From Takakia lepidozioides (lineage: Eukaryota > Plantae > Bryophyta): 64,000 nt of DNA. Below, piece after piece: positions 49,297 through 61,259 of the stretch. The position numbers were made by a program, and so were the translations under genes. Numbering within the stretch: position 1 is the first letter of the stretch; every line of letters begins with the position of its first letter. The notes under the pieces were generated by a model, which saw nothing but the letters and a program-made list of their open reading frames with translations, was not told the DNA's origin and made no database searches. The stretch is from the NCBI GenBank assembly GCA_030704615.1, contig CM060731.1, forward strand, positions 79,484,001 to 79,548,000. The letters are read 5' to 3'.

Positions 49297-51258
49297 TCAT
49301 GCTTTGGACTGGCATATTACTTCAGCCAAAGTCCCTTCATTACTCTGCATGTCTGCAGCTTCTTTCTTCCCTTCATCCTCACTCACTTCCTCTTCTCTTT
49401 CAGAATCAGAGGAATCTGCCATAGGAATATCAGTACTCTTCTGCATTTCCCTTATGGTATCTGCCACTTCCTTGTGCAGTTCCTTCTCATCTCTCCAAGC
49501 CTCCTCATCACTGCCATCTTCATTATCATCATCTTCCTCATCTACTGGAGGTGTTAGTTTGGCTTTGCTTCTCGTTACTATCATTGTACTTACTTCTGGT
49601 ACAACACATGGCCTAACCATGTGAGCTGCCACCACATGCCCCTCATTCATAGGAGCTCTCATCTCATTCTGGTGTCTGATCCAGAATGGACAGACTGCCT
49701 TGCAATGGCCTGCCTGATTACAATAGTAACACAGTTCTTCCCCATTAGGTCCTCGCCCTTGGTCTGTTCTGGAATTGTTTCTGTAATCCTGATTCCCTGG
49801 CTGGTAATTCCCCCTTGGATTACCCTGATAGTTGCCTCTGGAATTTCCTTGGTAATCCCCTCTTGAATTACCTCTCCCTTCCATGCCATTGTTATAACCA
49901 CCAGGCCTACCATAGTGGTCTTGATCACTGTTTCTTCTTGGCTGGGCCTGTACTTGATGCAACCTTACTTGCCTAGGTTCTCTAGCTGCTGTCCTTCTGT
50001 TGTAGTAACAATTCTCAGTAAAATGGTTATCCATTTTACAGATAGTATAGTGTTTCTCCTTCATGTGGCATTCAGTGGTGGTATGGCCTTCATTCTGGCA
50101 CTTTGCACACCAAACACCCTTCCTCCAATGTGTTGTAGCCTCTGTGGCATACTTCTTCAAGATTTCTTCTAATATTTTCTCATAGTTATCCCTCTTCAAC
50201 TTCTCCTTTCTCTTACTCTTCCTTTTCAGCTCTTGCTCTTCTTCCTCATCTGACTCATCCTCAGAGTCCTCATCATCCCTTTTCTCTCTCCTGAGCATTC
50301 CCAATTGCTCAATTATGTTCGCTGTTTCAAATGCCTCCTCCACTGTATTAAAGAATAACATATCCACTTTCTTTTGCAACTCTGGTCTTAGTCCACTCAC
50401 AAACCAAGTCTTCTGTAAACCTGGTGCTGGTACAGCAACCGGCTTTTTCATCATCAATTCCATTTTTTCCATATACTCCTCAACAGTTTCATGCTTCTTT
50501 TGCTTTAACTGTTGTAATCTTCCATACACTTCATCCTCAGTTTTACTTGTCCTGAATCTATTTCGGAATGTTGTATTCAAGCCATTCCAGGTTAAAAAAT
50601 GATTATCAGGGAATCTTGCATACCATTCACTTGCTTTCTTGATAAGTGAACAAGGAAACAATCTCATCTTGGCATCGTCGCCATTCTCATTGTTCACAAT
50701 ACACATGTGCTCAAATTGGTTAATGTGTACATCAGGATCCATTTTTCCTGAATATATTGGAAAAGGTGGTTTTGCCCGTGTTGGTTGTAACGCCATCTGT
50801 GGCCCTACCTTCTGCCCACTGACAGATGTTGGCCCCCTTGCTGGTGCTGGTCCTTGAGGACCTATTGTAGTTGTGGTGGATCTTCCACCCAGTGGTGGCC
50901 CCTGAGCACTCCCTGCTACTGGCCCCACGATATTCACAGTATTCCCAGCTCCAGTTGCACTACTTCCCACACTCCTTGCCCCCCCAGAGCCAGATCCAAG
51001 TTGCCCGCCTGATCCCCCTGAGCCGACACCTTCGTTGGCATGTGGTCCAAGTGCTCCACTTGATCGAGGTCCAACGGGTTGGGATGTCCTGGTTGTAGTC
51101 TCAACCTCAGCTGTTGGGTCTACTTCTTCATACTCTTCCTCTTCCAATTTCTTCTCTCTGTTTTCATCCTCCAAGTTTTGCCCTTGGGTTTCTTCTTCAC
51201 TCATGTAACTCAACTGCAATGGTGTTGGAGAGTCTGAACTCTCCGTTGGCTTTGCCAC
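49297..51258 (-). CDS. gag: Retrotransposon Gag with three zinc-knuckle-like motifs
   Basis: YSGKMDPDVHI..RLFPCSL..ASEWY capsid region; CAKCQNEGHTTTEC, YTICKMDNHFTENC, CYYCNQAGHCKAVC. Confidence 0.85.
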   Translation of the reverse strand: MAKPTESSDSPTPLQLSYMSEEETQGQNLEDENREKKLEEEEYEEVDPTAEVETTTRTSQPVGPRSSGALGPHANEGVGSGGSGGQLGSGSGGARSVGSSATGAGNTVNIVGPVAGSAQGPPLGGRSTTTTIGPQGPAPARGPTSVSGQKVGPQMALQPTRAKPPFPIYSGKMDPDVHINQFEHMCIVNNENGDDAKMRLFPCSLIKKASEWYARFPDNHFLTWNGLNTTFRNRFRTSKTEDEVYGRLQQLKQKKHETVEEYMEKMELMMKKPVAVPAPGLQKTWFVSGLRPELQKKVDMLFFNTVEEAFETANIIEQLGMLRREKRDDEDSEDESDEEEEQELKRKSKRKEKLKRDNYEKILEEILKKYATEATTHWRKGVWCAKCQNEGHTTTECHMKEKHYTICKMDNHFTENCYYNRRTAAREPRQVRLHQVQAQPRRNSDQDHYGRPGGYNNGMEGRGNSRGDYQGNSRGNYQGNPRGNYQPGNQDYRNNSRTDQGRGPNGEELCYYCNQAGHCKAVCPFWIRHQNEMRAPMNEGHVVAAHMVRPCVVPEVSTMIVTRSKAKLTPPVDEEDDDNEDGSDEEAWRDEKELHKEVADTIREMQKSTDIPMADSSDSEREEEVSEDEGKKEAADMQSNEGTLAEVICQSKA

Positions 51259-51487
51259 ATCCTCTCCTCCTTCTTCACCTTCCGTTTCAACTGGAGTTCC
51301 CGCTTTTGGTGTTCCATGCCACTCTTATCAAAGATTTCTGTCAAATCTTTTATCCAGGGATGTACCTCAGATCTGTCACCTCGTGGTTGATCTTCTTCCC
51401 ATACCAATTCCCTTAATCTTTCTTGCAAAGAAAAAGAAGGAGTGGCATCCAACTCTAGTTCTTACGGTATGGGTGATGTACTCTCTG

Positions 51488-53060
51488 TGTCGCGCACCTC
51501 CCTTCGGTAAGCTCCCCCTCAAGTCATAGTTACTCGCTTTGATGCGCGCGCCTGACTCCCAACCTGGCCGCCGGGCCAACTTGGAGCTTCGGCTGCTCAC
51601 CGGGGCATAACGGTCCCCCTTTGTTCTCCCAAAGAACCCTCCACCGATTTGGAACCAGCGGGAATTCCCTTTGGTAGTTGGCAGTCCGGAACAGCTCCCC
51701 ACTCTTTGGTCGCTTTCCGGCTCGCTCGCTTACTCACTAGTTTTTGGTCACCAACGGGCTTGCACCGTTCTCGGGGTTACTACTCCCTATATATACTTCT
51801 GTAACTGTCCGCGGGGGTTTCACAACCAGCCATGCCATTTTATGGCGAACCACCACGAAGACCCTCGATTCCCGGTGGTGAGTCGCGGTGAGTCTTGGCC
51901 CACTCACCGCGGCCCCAATGGACCGTGATGAGTCCCAAGACTCCCCACGACTCCCACCTCGAGGTCTCCACCCCATGGTGAGTCCTATGCCACCCCCACT
52001 AAGTCCCGCTAAGCTACCACCACCCCTTGTGGAATCACCCCCACCGCAACCCGGTGTGCGGGGCTCCACCTAGTGAGCGCCTCCGCCTCCTTGAGTGCCT
52101 TGGGCACTCAAGGGTGCTTCAGCCCCCGTACCTATCGCTGCTACTGCCCCCCCACAGGGGCAGCCCCTCTTGTGTCCCGACCCCCTGCCCTCAAGGCAAA
52201 GGGCCGCGACACACACCCCTACCAACAGGGAGTCGATGTCCTCATCGACTTGTCCATTTTGTAGAAACGAACATCCAAGTTGTGGCGTCCCACATCAAGG
52301 AGTTTGTTTCCGTACCATGGCGTCCCATGGCAAAGAACCAAACCCCACACTTGACTCTACTCTCCACTAGCTAGTTCGGCCGACTTCCTCCAAGTCCCGG
52401 CCAAGGGTGGAGCCTCTCAAGCTCCTCCCAGTGCACTCTTCTTGGCCTACTTCAAGGCCAAGGAATGATCCTCCCCGAGGATCGAATCGCCTTACTGCAA
52501 CAACATTGCTTGCGACCGCTCATGATGCCGCTTTTGGCATCACCTTGAGCAAGGGTTCCCTGGAACCCTCTTTGACTAGGAAGATAACCTTGAACCAACC
52601 GTGCGCCCCAATCACTACAATTGGGTCCGCCTTGGAATGTTGGCCTGAGGTACGGGAACACACCGAAGCCGTACTACGACTTCGTCCCGAGGCTACACGA
52701 TTATAGTACGTGAACGGAAGCACGTAGCTTCCGCGTTAGCCCGCACTACAAAGTTATAGTACGCGCATGCGCCAAGTGCGCACTAGCACGTGAACTCCCA
52801 AAGAAGGCGCAAGTTTCCTTGCCCCTTGGATGGGGGTCACCCGATTTCGGCACTACGCAAACACACGATTAACCCAATTTACCTCTCCCACTTTTATAAG
52901 CTAGCATGCATTCTACACACTAGCCAACACACCATGCATCACCATTCCAAACAAAATAGGACGCACAACATTTGGAATCCATTTCATTTATAGCACGTTT
53001 TGTACAATACAAGTTTTTGCAATCGGATTCCTAAGCTAGTTAAGCCGGGCTAAGCATGCA
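51488..53060 (-). repeat. 3' LTR (~1.57 kb, TG...CA)
   Basis: Bounded by the PPT and the terminus shared with the 5' LTR remnant; TATA-like TATATATA near 51790. Confidence 0.85.
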
Positions 53061-53094
53061 TTTCCTCCCCCACGCTCCAAGGTTGATGTCCCCA

Positions 53095-56000
53095 TCAACG
53101 CTTCTTCCGCTTTTGAGGTCGCCCTTCGAAAGATGCAACCGCCTCGGATGCGTTTCCCATTTCTGAGGCACGCACCCAAGATGCCTCCACATGATGATAG
53201 CCCTTCCATTTGACGAGATACTCAGTTTCTTGGTTCTTGAACCTCCTCGACTTAAGTATTGCCTCCACCTCGTACTCAGGTTCATTTTGATGATCCAACA
53301 GCATAGGTGGCGGACGCAACACTTGATGCCGATTCGGACGCGCTTCATCTTTGAAATAAGGGTTCAAAAGAGAGACATGGAATACTGGGTGCACCTTGAT
53401 GTTTTCCTGCAGCTCCAATTCATACACATCCTCATTCATAACCTTCCGAATGCGAAAGGGTCCCGCATACGGTCCGCTTCCGATTCGCCTGCCTTTCATA
53501 CCGTTTCCTAGTTTTGGCAATGTTGTACTTTGCGAGCTTCAACAAACACTCGCGTTCTTTCAGTACCGCCGCTACTGCCGGTTCCTCAACGTCCTGGGCG
53601 GCCCAACTTGTCGGCACCAGAGGTGCTTTTCCATAGACCAATACAAAAGGGGAAACTCCCGTTGCGGAGTGTTCTGTGTTATTATAACAGAACTCTGCCG
53701 CGTCTAAGTGTTCCACCCAGTCTGTTTGGTCTGCCGACACGTAATTCCGCAAGATCTGCTTCACTACGGAATTCACTCTTTCTGTTTGGCCGTCGGTCGG
53801 AGGTCGGAAGGCGGTGCTCATCTTCAGCCTCGTCCCTATCTTCTTCCAAAGTGCCCTCCAAAATTTACTCGTAAACTTTGGATCGCGGTCCGAGACAATA
53901 TCCTTCGGGACTCCATGATGCTTTAAGACGTGGGCGAAGTAAAGTCGCCCTGTCTCCTGCGCCGTTGCCGTCTCCTTGGTGGGGATGAAATGGCCCATTT
54001 TACTGAACCTATCTACCACCACCATGATTGCATCGAATCCTTTTGACAGCGGCATAGCAGTCATGAAATCCATCGAGACGCTTTCCCAAGTCCCCTCTGG
54101 AATCGGCAAGGGTTGTAACAGCCCCTCTTGCTTTTTGTACTCGCTCCAGTTTGTTGGCATGTGGTGCATGTCTTGACATACTCCTCTGCCTCCTCCCTCA
54201 GTTTGGGCCAGAAATACTTTTTCTTCAAGAGTGCCGCAGTGCGCTTGGCACCGCCATGGCCCGCAAGCGGGCTATGATGGCATTCTCTCAAGAGACTATC
54301 CCTGATCCCTCCCTTCGGCACGTAGAGACGCTTTTGCTTATACCGGAGCAGTCCATTTTGCAAGTGGAACTGCGATTTAACCCCCATCATCAAGTCCTGC
54401 ATCACGGACTTCGCTAGCTCATCCTTCCGGCAAGCCTTCCGGATCTTCCTTTGGAGCGCCGTCTCGCCCTCGTACACCAACCAGAGCTGCTGCTTTCTAC
54501 TTAAAGCATCGGCCACCACGTTGTCTCGTCCCGGTTTGTACTGGATATCCACGTCAAACACCGCCAAAGTATCTTGCCACCTAAGTTGTTTTGGGGACAA
54601 CTTGGGCTGCGTGGCAAAATACTTCACCGTGACATTGTCCGTGAACACCTTCACTGGGTTGGAACCAACATAGTGGCGCCAGAGCTCAAGGCAATGCACG
54701 TGCGTCGGCCACCGTCGCTCCACTTCATTCAGTTTCTTACTTTCGTAAGCCACTGGACGTCCATCTTGCATAAGTACACCCCCAATCGCGAAGTCCGACG
54801 CATCTGTATGTATCTCAAACGGACGATCGAACTCCGGGATTTTCAAGACTGGAGCTTCCGCCATCTGCTGCTTCAATTCAGCAAAAGCTTGGCCACAAAA
54901 TGTGTTCCATACCCAAACTATGGATTTACACAGAAGGTCCGACAGCGGCCCCGCGATCTTGGCGAAATTTCTCACATACTTCCGGTAATAGGAGGCGAGT
55001 CCTAGGAAGGATCGCACTCCCGGGACCGAAGTTGGAGGCTCCCAGTCCAAGATCGCCCTCACCTTTCTGTCATCCATTTTGATCCCATCCTGTGTAATCA
55101 CATGCCCCAGGAACTCCACTTTTGTGACCCCGAATTCGCACTTTGAAGCTTTGGCATACAGCTTCCTTTCTCGCAATTTTTGGAATACCCTTTTGAGGTG
55201 CTCCAGGTGCTCCTCCTTTGTTTTCGAGTACACCAAGATGTCGTCGATGTACACGATCACAAAGTCATCCAACCACTCCTGAAAAAGGCTGTTCATTAGT
55301 GTGCTAAAGGTCGCTGGTGCATTGGTGAGCCCAAAAGGCATCACCAAGAACTCATATGAACCATACCTTGTCCTGCATACGGTCTTCTCCTCATCTCCTT
55401 CCGCCACCCGAATTCGGTGATAGCCGGAGCGCAAGTCGATCCGGCTGAAATACTTCGCTCCTGCCAACCGATCGAAGAGGTCGTCGATCCTTGGCAAAGG
55501 GTACCGGTTTTTGATAGTCACCTTATTCAGAGCCCTGTAATCGACACACATCCGCAGCGTCCCATCCTTCTTGTCTGCAAATAGCACCGGGGCTCCGTAA
55601 GGTGACTTACTCGGCCGGATGTACCCCTTTGACATTAGATCCTTGAGCTGAGTCTTCAGCTCGACCAACTCTCTGTGGCTCAACCGGTAGGGCGCCTTGG
55701 CAGGCGGTTCCGATCCCGGTATCACCTCAATTTTGTGGTCAACTTCTCTTCGCGGTGGCAAGCCGCTTGGTAAATCCTCCGGCATCACATCCTGGTATTT
55801 CTCCAAAATCCCCTTGATCCAATCTTGGCTCGGCTCCCCATCGCCTTCTCCTTTCACTTCTCTAATGTAAAGCAAAAATTGGGGCTCGTGTGCCTCCTCC
55901 ATGGCCCACTCCTTTGCTGACAGAAGGTTTATTCGCCCTCCCACGGATTTGGGCGTTTCCGACACTCGTAAAACCTCGCCACCATACCCACATGGCAGCG

Positions 56001-57546
56001 TGACTACTCTCTTGCGGCCATCTATGACCGCTCCGGATTTGCTCAAAAAGGTCATCCCCAAAATGAGATCCACTCCATCGATCTCGCAGATGGTGAAGTT
56101 CTCACGTCCCTCCCAACTCCCCAGTTGAAGAGGAACATCAAACGCCAACCTTGTCGCCAACTGTGGTTCTCCTTTGGCAGAACGCACCTCAATAGAGGCC
56201 CCCACGTCACTTGTCGGGAGTCCCAACTTTCGCGCCGCCGCCGGCGTCATGAAGGAGTGTGACGCTCCTATGTCCACCAACAATGACACGTTAGTTCCGG
56301 ATATTATCCCATCCACGAACAATAACTGACTCCCTTTACGCAGGGCGCCAGTTTCCTGATACAACTCACAAGAATAATTGCCTACCTTGCAAGTCCTGGC
56401 GACCACCGCTTCCACCAAGCGACTGATGGTATCTTCCGACAGCTCCGTGGTTGCCCGAGTCATGTTCAATTGTTGAGGTTTTGTGCACTTCTTGGCCATG
56501 TGCCCGGGCTCCCCGCAATTGAAACACACTCCATCAAAGGTCGCCTTCTGTCCGCCATAAGCCGCTCCACCCGCTTTTCCTTTCGAAGCACCGGGTGCCG
56601 CCTTGACGTGTGAAGGCCCTCCCTTCGATTTCCACGTGCCATAGTCGCCGCGTGGCCTATCCCACTTCTTTTCCGGTCGGAAGGAGTCACCTTCCCGCCG
56701 GGTCTTCTTGTGGTTCAGCTCCGTACGGCTTTGTCTCTCACCCTTAGGGACATCCGAGAAACATTCAGCCCTCTCAATTGCCTCGTTCAAAGTCTTGGGT
56801 GGCTTCTCCTCCAACTTCCGCCTGGCCCATGGGCCAGTCCCGCCACAAAGTTGAAGACCATTTCTGGTTCTGCCATGTCCGCGACTTCGAGCAACAGCAC
56901 ATTGAAAGCCTGGACATACCCCCGAATGTCATCTGTTTGCTTCAAATTCCTCATCTTGTCCCGGGCAAGCCAGGACGCGTTGAGGGGCACAAACTGTCTC
57001 TTCATCAATTCCTTGAACCCACTCCAGGCCAAGGTTTCAGGGCTTGGACCTCGGTCATGAAGGCGTTTCTGCCACCATTGTTGAGCATAGCCCCTCAAAT
57101 AGGTGGGAGCCACTTCCACCCGATCCTCGTCACTCAACTTGGCCGCCCGGAAGTACTGCTCTAGCTCCAGGAGCCAGGTGTTGAGTGCCTTCCGATTTCG
57201 GATGCCCTCGAAGGTGCCGGGTTCCTTAGGCTTCACCTTAAACTTCGCCTTAGTGGAAGTGGCATTAGCCGCCTTCAACACGTCTTTCAATGTCCCGCCA
57301 AACTGCGCCAGCAACCCTTCCCAAAAGACTGCCGGCATGGGAGGCATCTGTTGGTTTGTCGGAGCTCTCAAGGATTCCTCGGGCTCCGACTCCTCAGATT
57401 CCTCCCGCTCTTGCGCGGCCTCATTTTCAGAAGCATGCATCGCTTCCTCAAACGGCCGCCTCGGTGACACGTCGCCCCCATCGGGCTCACCAGGGTCATC
57501 ATCTTTTGGGCCGTTCCGCTTTCGCTTTGGCTTGCCCGACCCCATG
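53095..57546 (-). pseudogene. pol: Frameshifted gag-pol polyprotein
   Basis: CCHC ([14 protein letters not shown]), protease [16 protein letters not shown], RNase [10 protein letters not shown], integrase HHCC plus SMDF/SDRD/GQTE, chromodomain EYEVEAIL..YLVKWKGY; breaks near 56815, 54150 and 53500. Confidence 0.93.
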
Positions 57547-57685
57547 ATGAGGCCAATCCCAAGGACGATCGCGTACTGAACTCTAAGCTTTGATACCAAG
57601 TGTCGCGCACCTCCCTTCGGTAAGCTCCCCCTCAAGTCATAGTTACTCGCTTTGATGCGCGCGCCTGACTCCCAACCTGGCCGCC

Positions 57686-59510
57686 ATACAGGTCCAGCAG
57701 GGCAGTGATCAGGATGACATCTGGTACAAATCCAGCTTTGACAATGTCACCATGGACCTCATTGCACCTTTCCAGGGCTGCCAGGCTTGCACAAGCATTG
57801 CAAACGCAAACAAATGTGATGTGGTTGGGCTTCACCCTTTCGCACATGAATTGCTCATAGGTCTCCAAAGCCTCCATCCCACCCCTTGCTGTGCATATCC
57901 TGCAATCATCGCACTCCACGACACCACATTTCTTTCAACCATACTGTCGAACACTCCCTTTGCATCCTCGATGCACTCACATTTGACATACATGTCCAGC
58001 AGGGCAGTGTTCAGGATGACATCTGGTACAAATCCAGCTTTGACGATGTCACATGCATGGACCTCTTGCAAAACCACCAGTGAGAGTCACCACCAGGGAG
58101 GGTTTGACCAACCCATCCAGAGAACCTCATTTCTGCCCTTGAACTGCTCCGCGACAGCACCAGCGGGCAACTGAGTAGCCATGGCCTCTCGCACCATGCT
58201 ATAACCACCAAAGCTTCGCACATTTCAAAAAATAGATAGATCCCGAAACAACCTACTTTCCTGTACTACTAAAATTTAGAGGATGCCAGTATTTTTAAAT
58301 GAACATGTGCACAGGGCCATGAAGTGCGGAAGAAAACTTCCTTGAACCTGTTTCCAGTCAGTGACATGGGGGAGGCCATCAATTCAAAGTCAAGGCGAGT
58401 AGCCCGATCCATTCAAAGTGGGGCATCTCGGAATTGAATCTCTCCTTGACAAATTTGGTTTTGGGAGTGGATTGTAGAGCATCCTCAATGCTCCCACATT
58501 TGGCATACATGTCCACCAGAGCAGTGTTCAGGATGACATTGGTACAATTGCAGATTTGATGATGTCACCATGGATCTCTTTCCCTTTTTCCAGGGTTGCC
58601 AGGCTCGCACACGCACTGCAAACGCACACAAACGTTATGTGGTCGGGCTTCACTCCTTCCCCCATCATTTGCTCATACGTCTCCAAAGCCTCCATCCCGC
58701 GCCCCTGCTGTGCATACCCCTAGTGTTCAGGATGACATTGGTACAATTGCAGATTTGATGATGTCACCATGGATCTCTTTCCCTTTTTCCAGGGCTGCCA
58801 AGCTCGCACGCGCACTGCAAACGCACACAAACGTTATGTGGTCGGGCTTCACTCCTTCCCCCATCATTTGCTCATACGTCTCCAAAGCCTCCATCCCGCG
58901 CCCCTGCTGTGCATACCCCGCAAGCATTGCACTCCATAACACCACATCTCATTCAGCGATAGTGTTGAATACTCCCTTGGCATCCTCGATGCACCCACAT
59001 TTGGCATACATGTCCACCAGGGCAATGTTCAGAATGACATCTGGTAACCTGACAGACATTCACCTTTTTGCCTCGGTTGTCCCACCATAGACTGGGTTCA
59101 GAAAAGTATTCATTCCACAGCTTCTCTTCATCTCTGTTACCTGTTTTTGGATACTTTTCTGTTGTCACATTGGCAGTATCATGTCAAAGTCACTCCAACC
59201 TATCAAAGATTCACTCAACCAGCTAACTTGCAGAATTCAACATGGAATTTAGGGCCAATTCTGATAAGAGGGAAAAACAGGGTGAAATGTGTTGAAGAAG
59301 GTGCCTTCAGTGCCAGTGCCTGATTTTATCAATTGTGTCGCTGCTGCTGCAGCTTCCAGTGGACCATCTACCCATGCACCACAAATCCACCCAAAGAGCT
59401 AACTTACACAATCAATATGCAAATTCAGGGACGAGTCTAATGAGAGGGCAAAACAGGCTGAAATAGGTCGAGAAGAAGGTGCCCTCACCATCTCCTTGCA
59501 TAGGTTACCT
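57686..59510 (-). pseudogene. PDF/PPR chimeric array upstream of the retro block
   Basis: 59510-59420 type A linker; 59375-59063 WVDG..QLIKSG..EEKLWNEYFSEPSLWWDNRGKK|; PPRs 59045-57686 with a 199-bp tandem duplication (58523 and 58722) and a foreign insert at ~58070-58480. Confidence 0.85.
58315..58380 (+). mobile_element. Fragment of the LINE family seen at 42410-43269
   Basis: GAAAACTTCCTTGAACCTGTTTCCAGTCAGTGACATGGGGGAGG matches 42734-42777. Confidence 0.7.
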
Positions 59511-59764
59511 AGTCCATTGCTCCTCAGTGGACCATATTACTTTCGGCAAAAATCTGGCTGCTCTCCCAGATTGAAGCCGCCTGGAAAATGGGAGTGCTTA
59601 AAGACTACAAATGTGACTGTGACAGCCACACACAATTGCCACCTCCTATGAAGTGAAACAACCAATGTGATCCAACAATTGAAAGGAAACCAAAGTTCAA
59701 GTGAGCCTACTACTCAACACACACACCATCGAGGGGACAATGGGACAGTAGAAGGACGATCATG

Positions 59765-59836
59765 AAGGATTGAACCGAGGATCACCCTGGTTATGCACAA
59801 GCAAGCCACGAATTCCCACCAACTGGGCTGCCTGCT
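59765..59836 (-). mobile_element. Degenerate tRNA-derived SINE head
   Basis: Minus-strand A-box-like CAGCCCAGTTGG and B-box GGTTCAATCC. Confidence 0.4.
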
Positions 59837-60521
59837 CAAGTGCGAAAGAGGGGTACTGCTACCCCGTCCAATTTCAGTGCTCCTAGGCACTCACTCTATT
59901 CCGTAATCATCACAAGCATATCTACAGTAACCTTTGACAAGTTTCACAATGCAGAGTCTTGTGACTAGACTGCATGCCTGCAAATTCACATATGTGGGCA
60001 CACCCCCACAAAACTGAGAGAGATGCTCAGGCAGGCAAAGAGCATGCTTCGTAATCAGAAACCTCTTTATCCAATCATGGTGCAGCCAGAACAATAAATA
60101 ATCTTGGCCTCCCAAACTGTTATACATGCAGTCATCAACAGGCATGCATTGCCACTGTTCAGAGATGAACAAAGCCTGGCCTATCCAAAGATACTTGGCG
60201 CATGTCAAACACCAAGCCCTTCCACTCATATCATCCCACCATTAAGTACAGTTCAAACCAGCTTCCAACTTCCTCAAGACATCCCCTCTGCTTACTCATG
60301 TGGGCAGACCCACAACTTTAAATTAACATTTCCAAACTTGCCAATTGCAAGGCAAAATGCAGCAGGTCTGTGTGCAGATGTGGTTTGAGCACTGACCTCA
60401 AGCCATTTGCAAACCACCCCTTATTATAAAACCCTCAATGCCAAACACAGACTAGGTACCCAAGGTTTTTGGACTCCATGCAAGCACTAAATCAAGAATC
60501 TAATAACATCACACAGACTTG

Positions 60522-60906
60522 TTACTCTGCCGATGGTCCTGCTTGTGGTGCAGGCCTTGAGGTTAGAAGCGGTTGTAGGGCTTTCACCACGATACTCATG
60601 TTGGGGCGAAAGTCCCCTTCGTACTGCACACAGAGTGCTGCAACTGCTGCCATCTGCCATTCCAACCCAAACTTGCATCGGTAACCTCTATCCAGTTGTT
60701 GAGAGAACCTAAATACGGAGCTAGGGGCTGCCATAAGCCAGCCAATTGCTGAAGAGAACATCTACTATGCAATCTCTTGCAATGATAATGCAACTCAAAA
60801 GGTTGACACAAAAACCTACCTTGGCAACTGCCTTCGGAGGATAGTCACCATTCGGCTTGGGATCAACGCATTGCTTTACTTTGTGCTCGCTCAACCTTGG
60901 TGTTGC
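60522..60906 (-). pseudogene. Last two exons of a PTI1-like kinase (60906-60820, 60653-60522), with no upstream exons
   Basis: AG|[29 protein letters not shown]|GT...AG|[30 protein letters not shown] is the PTI1-family C-terminus with intact splice sites. Confidence 0.88.
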
Positions 60907-60964
60907 CTGAAGAGTAATAAATAGAGAAAGTTAGACAACCACCAGCCTTTGATGTTCGCCTTAT

Positions 60965-61257
60965 TCTACACAAGGTTGCAATGCTCCATGGATTTGGCGG
61001 AAAGGTGAACGATGGCGGAAACAAGAAGATCAAGATGCATTGCGGGCAGTTCCAAAAACGTTGCGCGGGATTTCTATTGGCCTATTTCGCGCGGGTCGTC
61101 CGGGCAGGTTCCAAAGAAATTGACGACGACGATGACCTGGCTACGATGACGTGTCTACAATGATGTGGCAACGATGACGTGGTGACGATGACGTGGCACT
61201 ATGGCACCCTATTCCTGCTCTACACTAAACTAGCTTCCGACCTTCGGTCGTCGCTAG
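60965..61257 (+). mobile_element. Small Helitron-like element with ACGATGACGTGG repeats
   Basis: Hairpin CGACCTTCGGTCG (61238-61250) then CTAG; shares its 3' sequence with 14462-14534. Confidence 0.55.
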
Positions 61258-61259
61258 AA

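Larger units (their letters stand above)
48289..51487 (-). mobile_element. Internally deleted Ty3/Gypsy element (gag plus integrase tail, no PR/RT/RH)
   Basis: gag ORF, then the GPY integrase C-terminus (FKTGDLV..KSPWKGPYVI..VNANKLKGY), PPT GGAGAGGGGAAGACGGGGGCA (48468-48488), and a TG-starting 3' LTR truncated at 48289. Confidence 0.8.
51488..57685 (-). mobile_element. Ty3/Gypsy chromovirus with full 3' LTR and 5' LTR truncated to 85 bp
   Basis: 85-bp identity between 57601-57685 and 51488-51572; PBS TGGTATCAAAGC (tRNA-iMet-like, 57587-57598); PPT next to 53061; gag-PR-RT-RH-IN-chromodomain order. Confidence 0.95.

Noticed and set aside
48289-57685. Retro block as a reverse-transcribed read-through RNA
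   Set aside because: No poly(A) or TSD, and the 5' cut is ~190 bp downstream of the start predicted from the LTR TATA.
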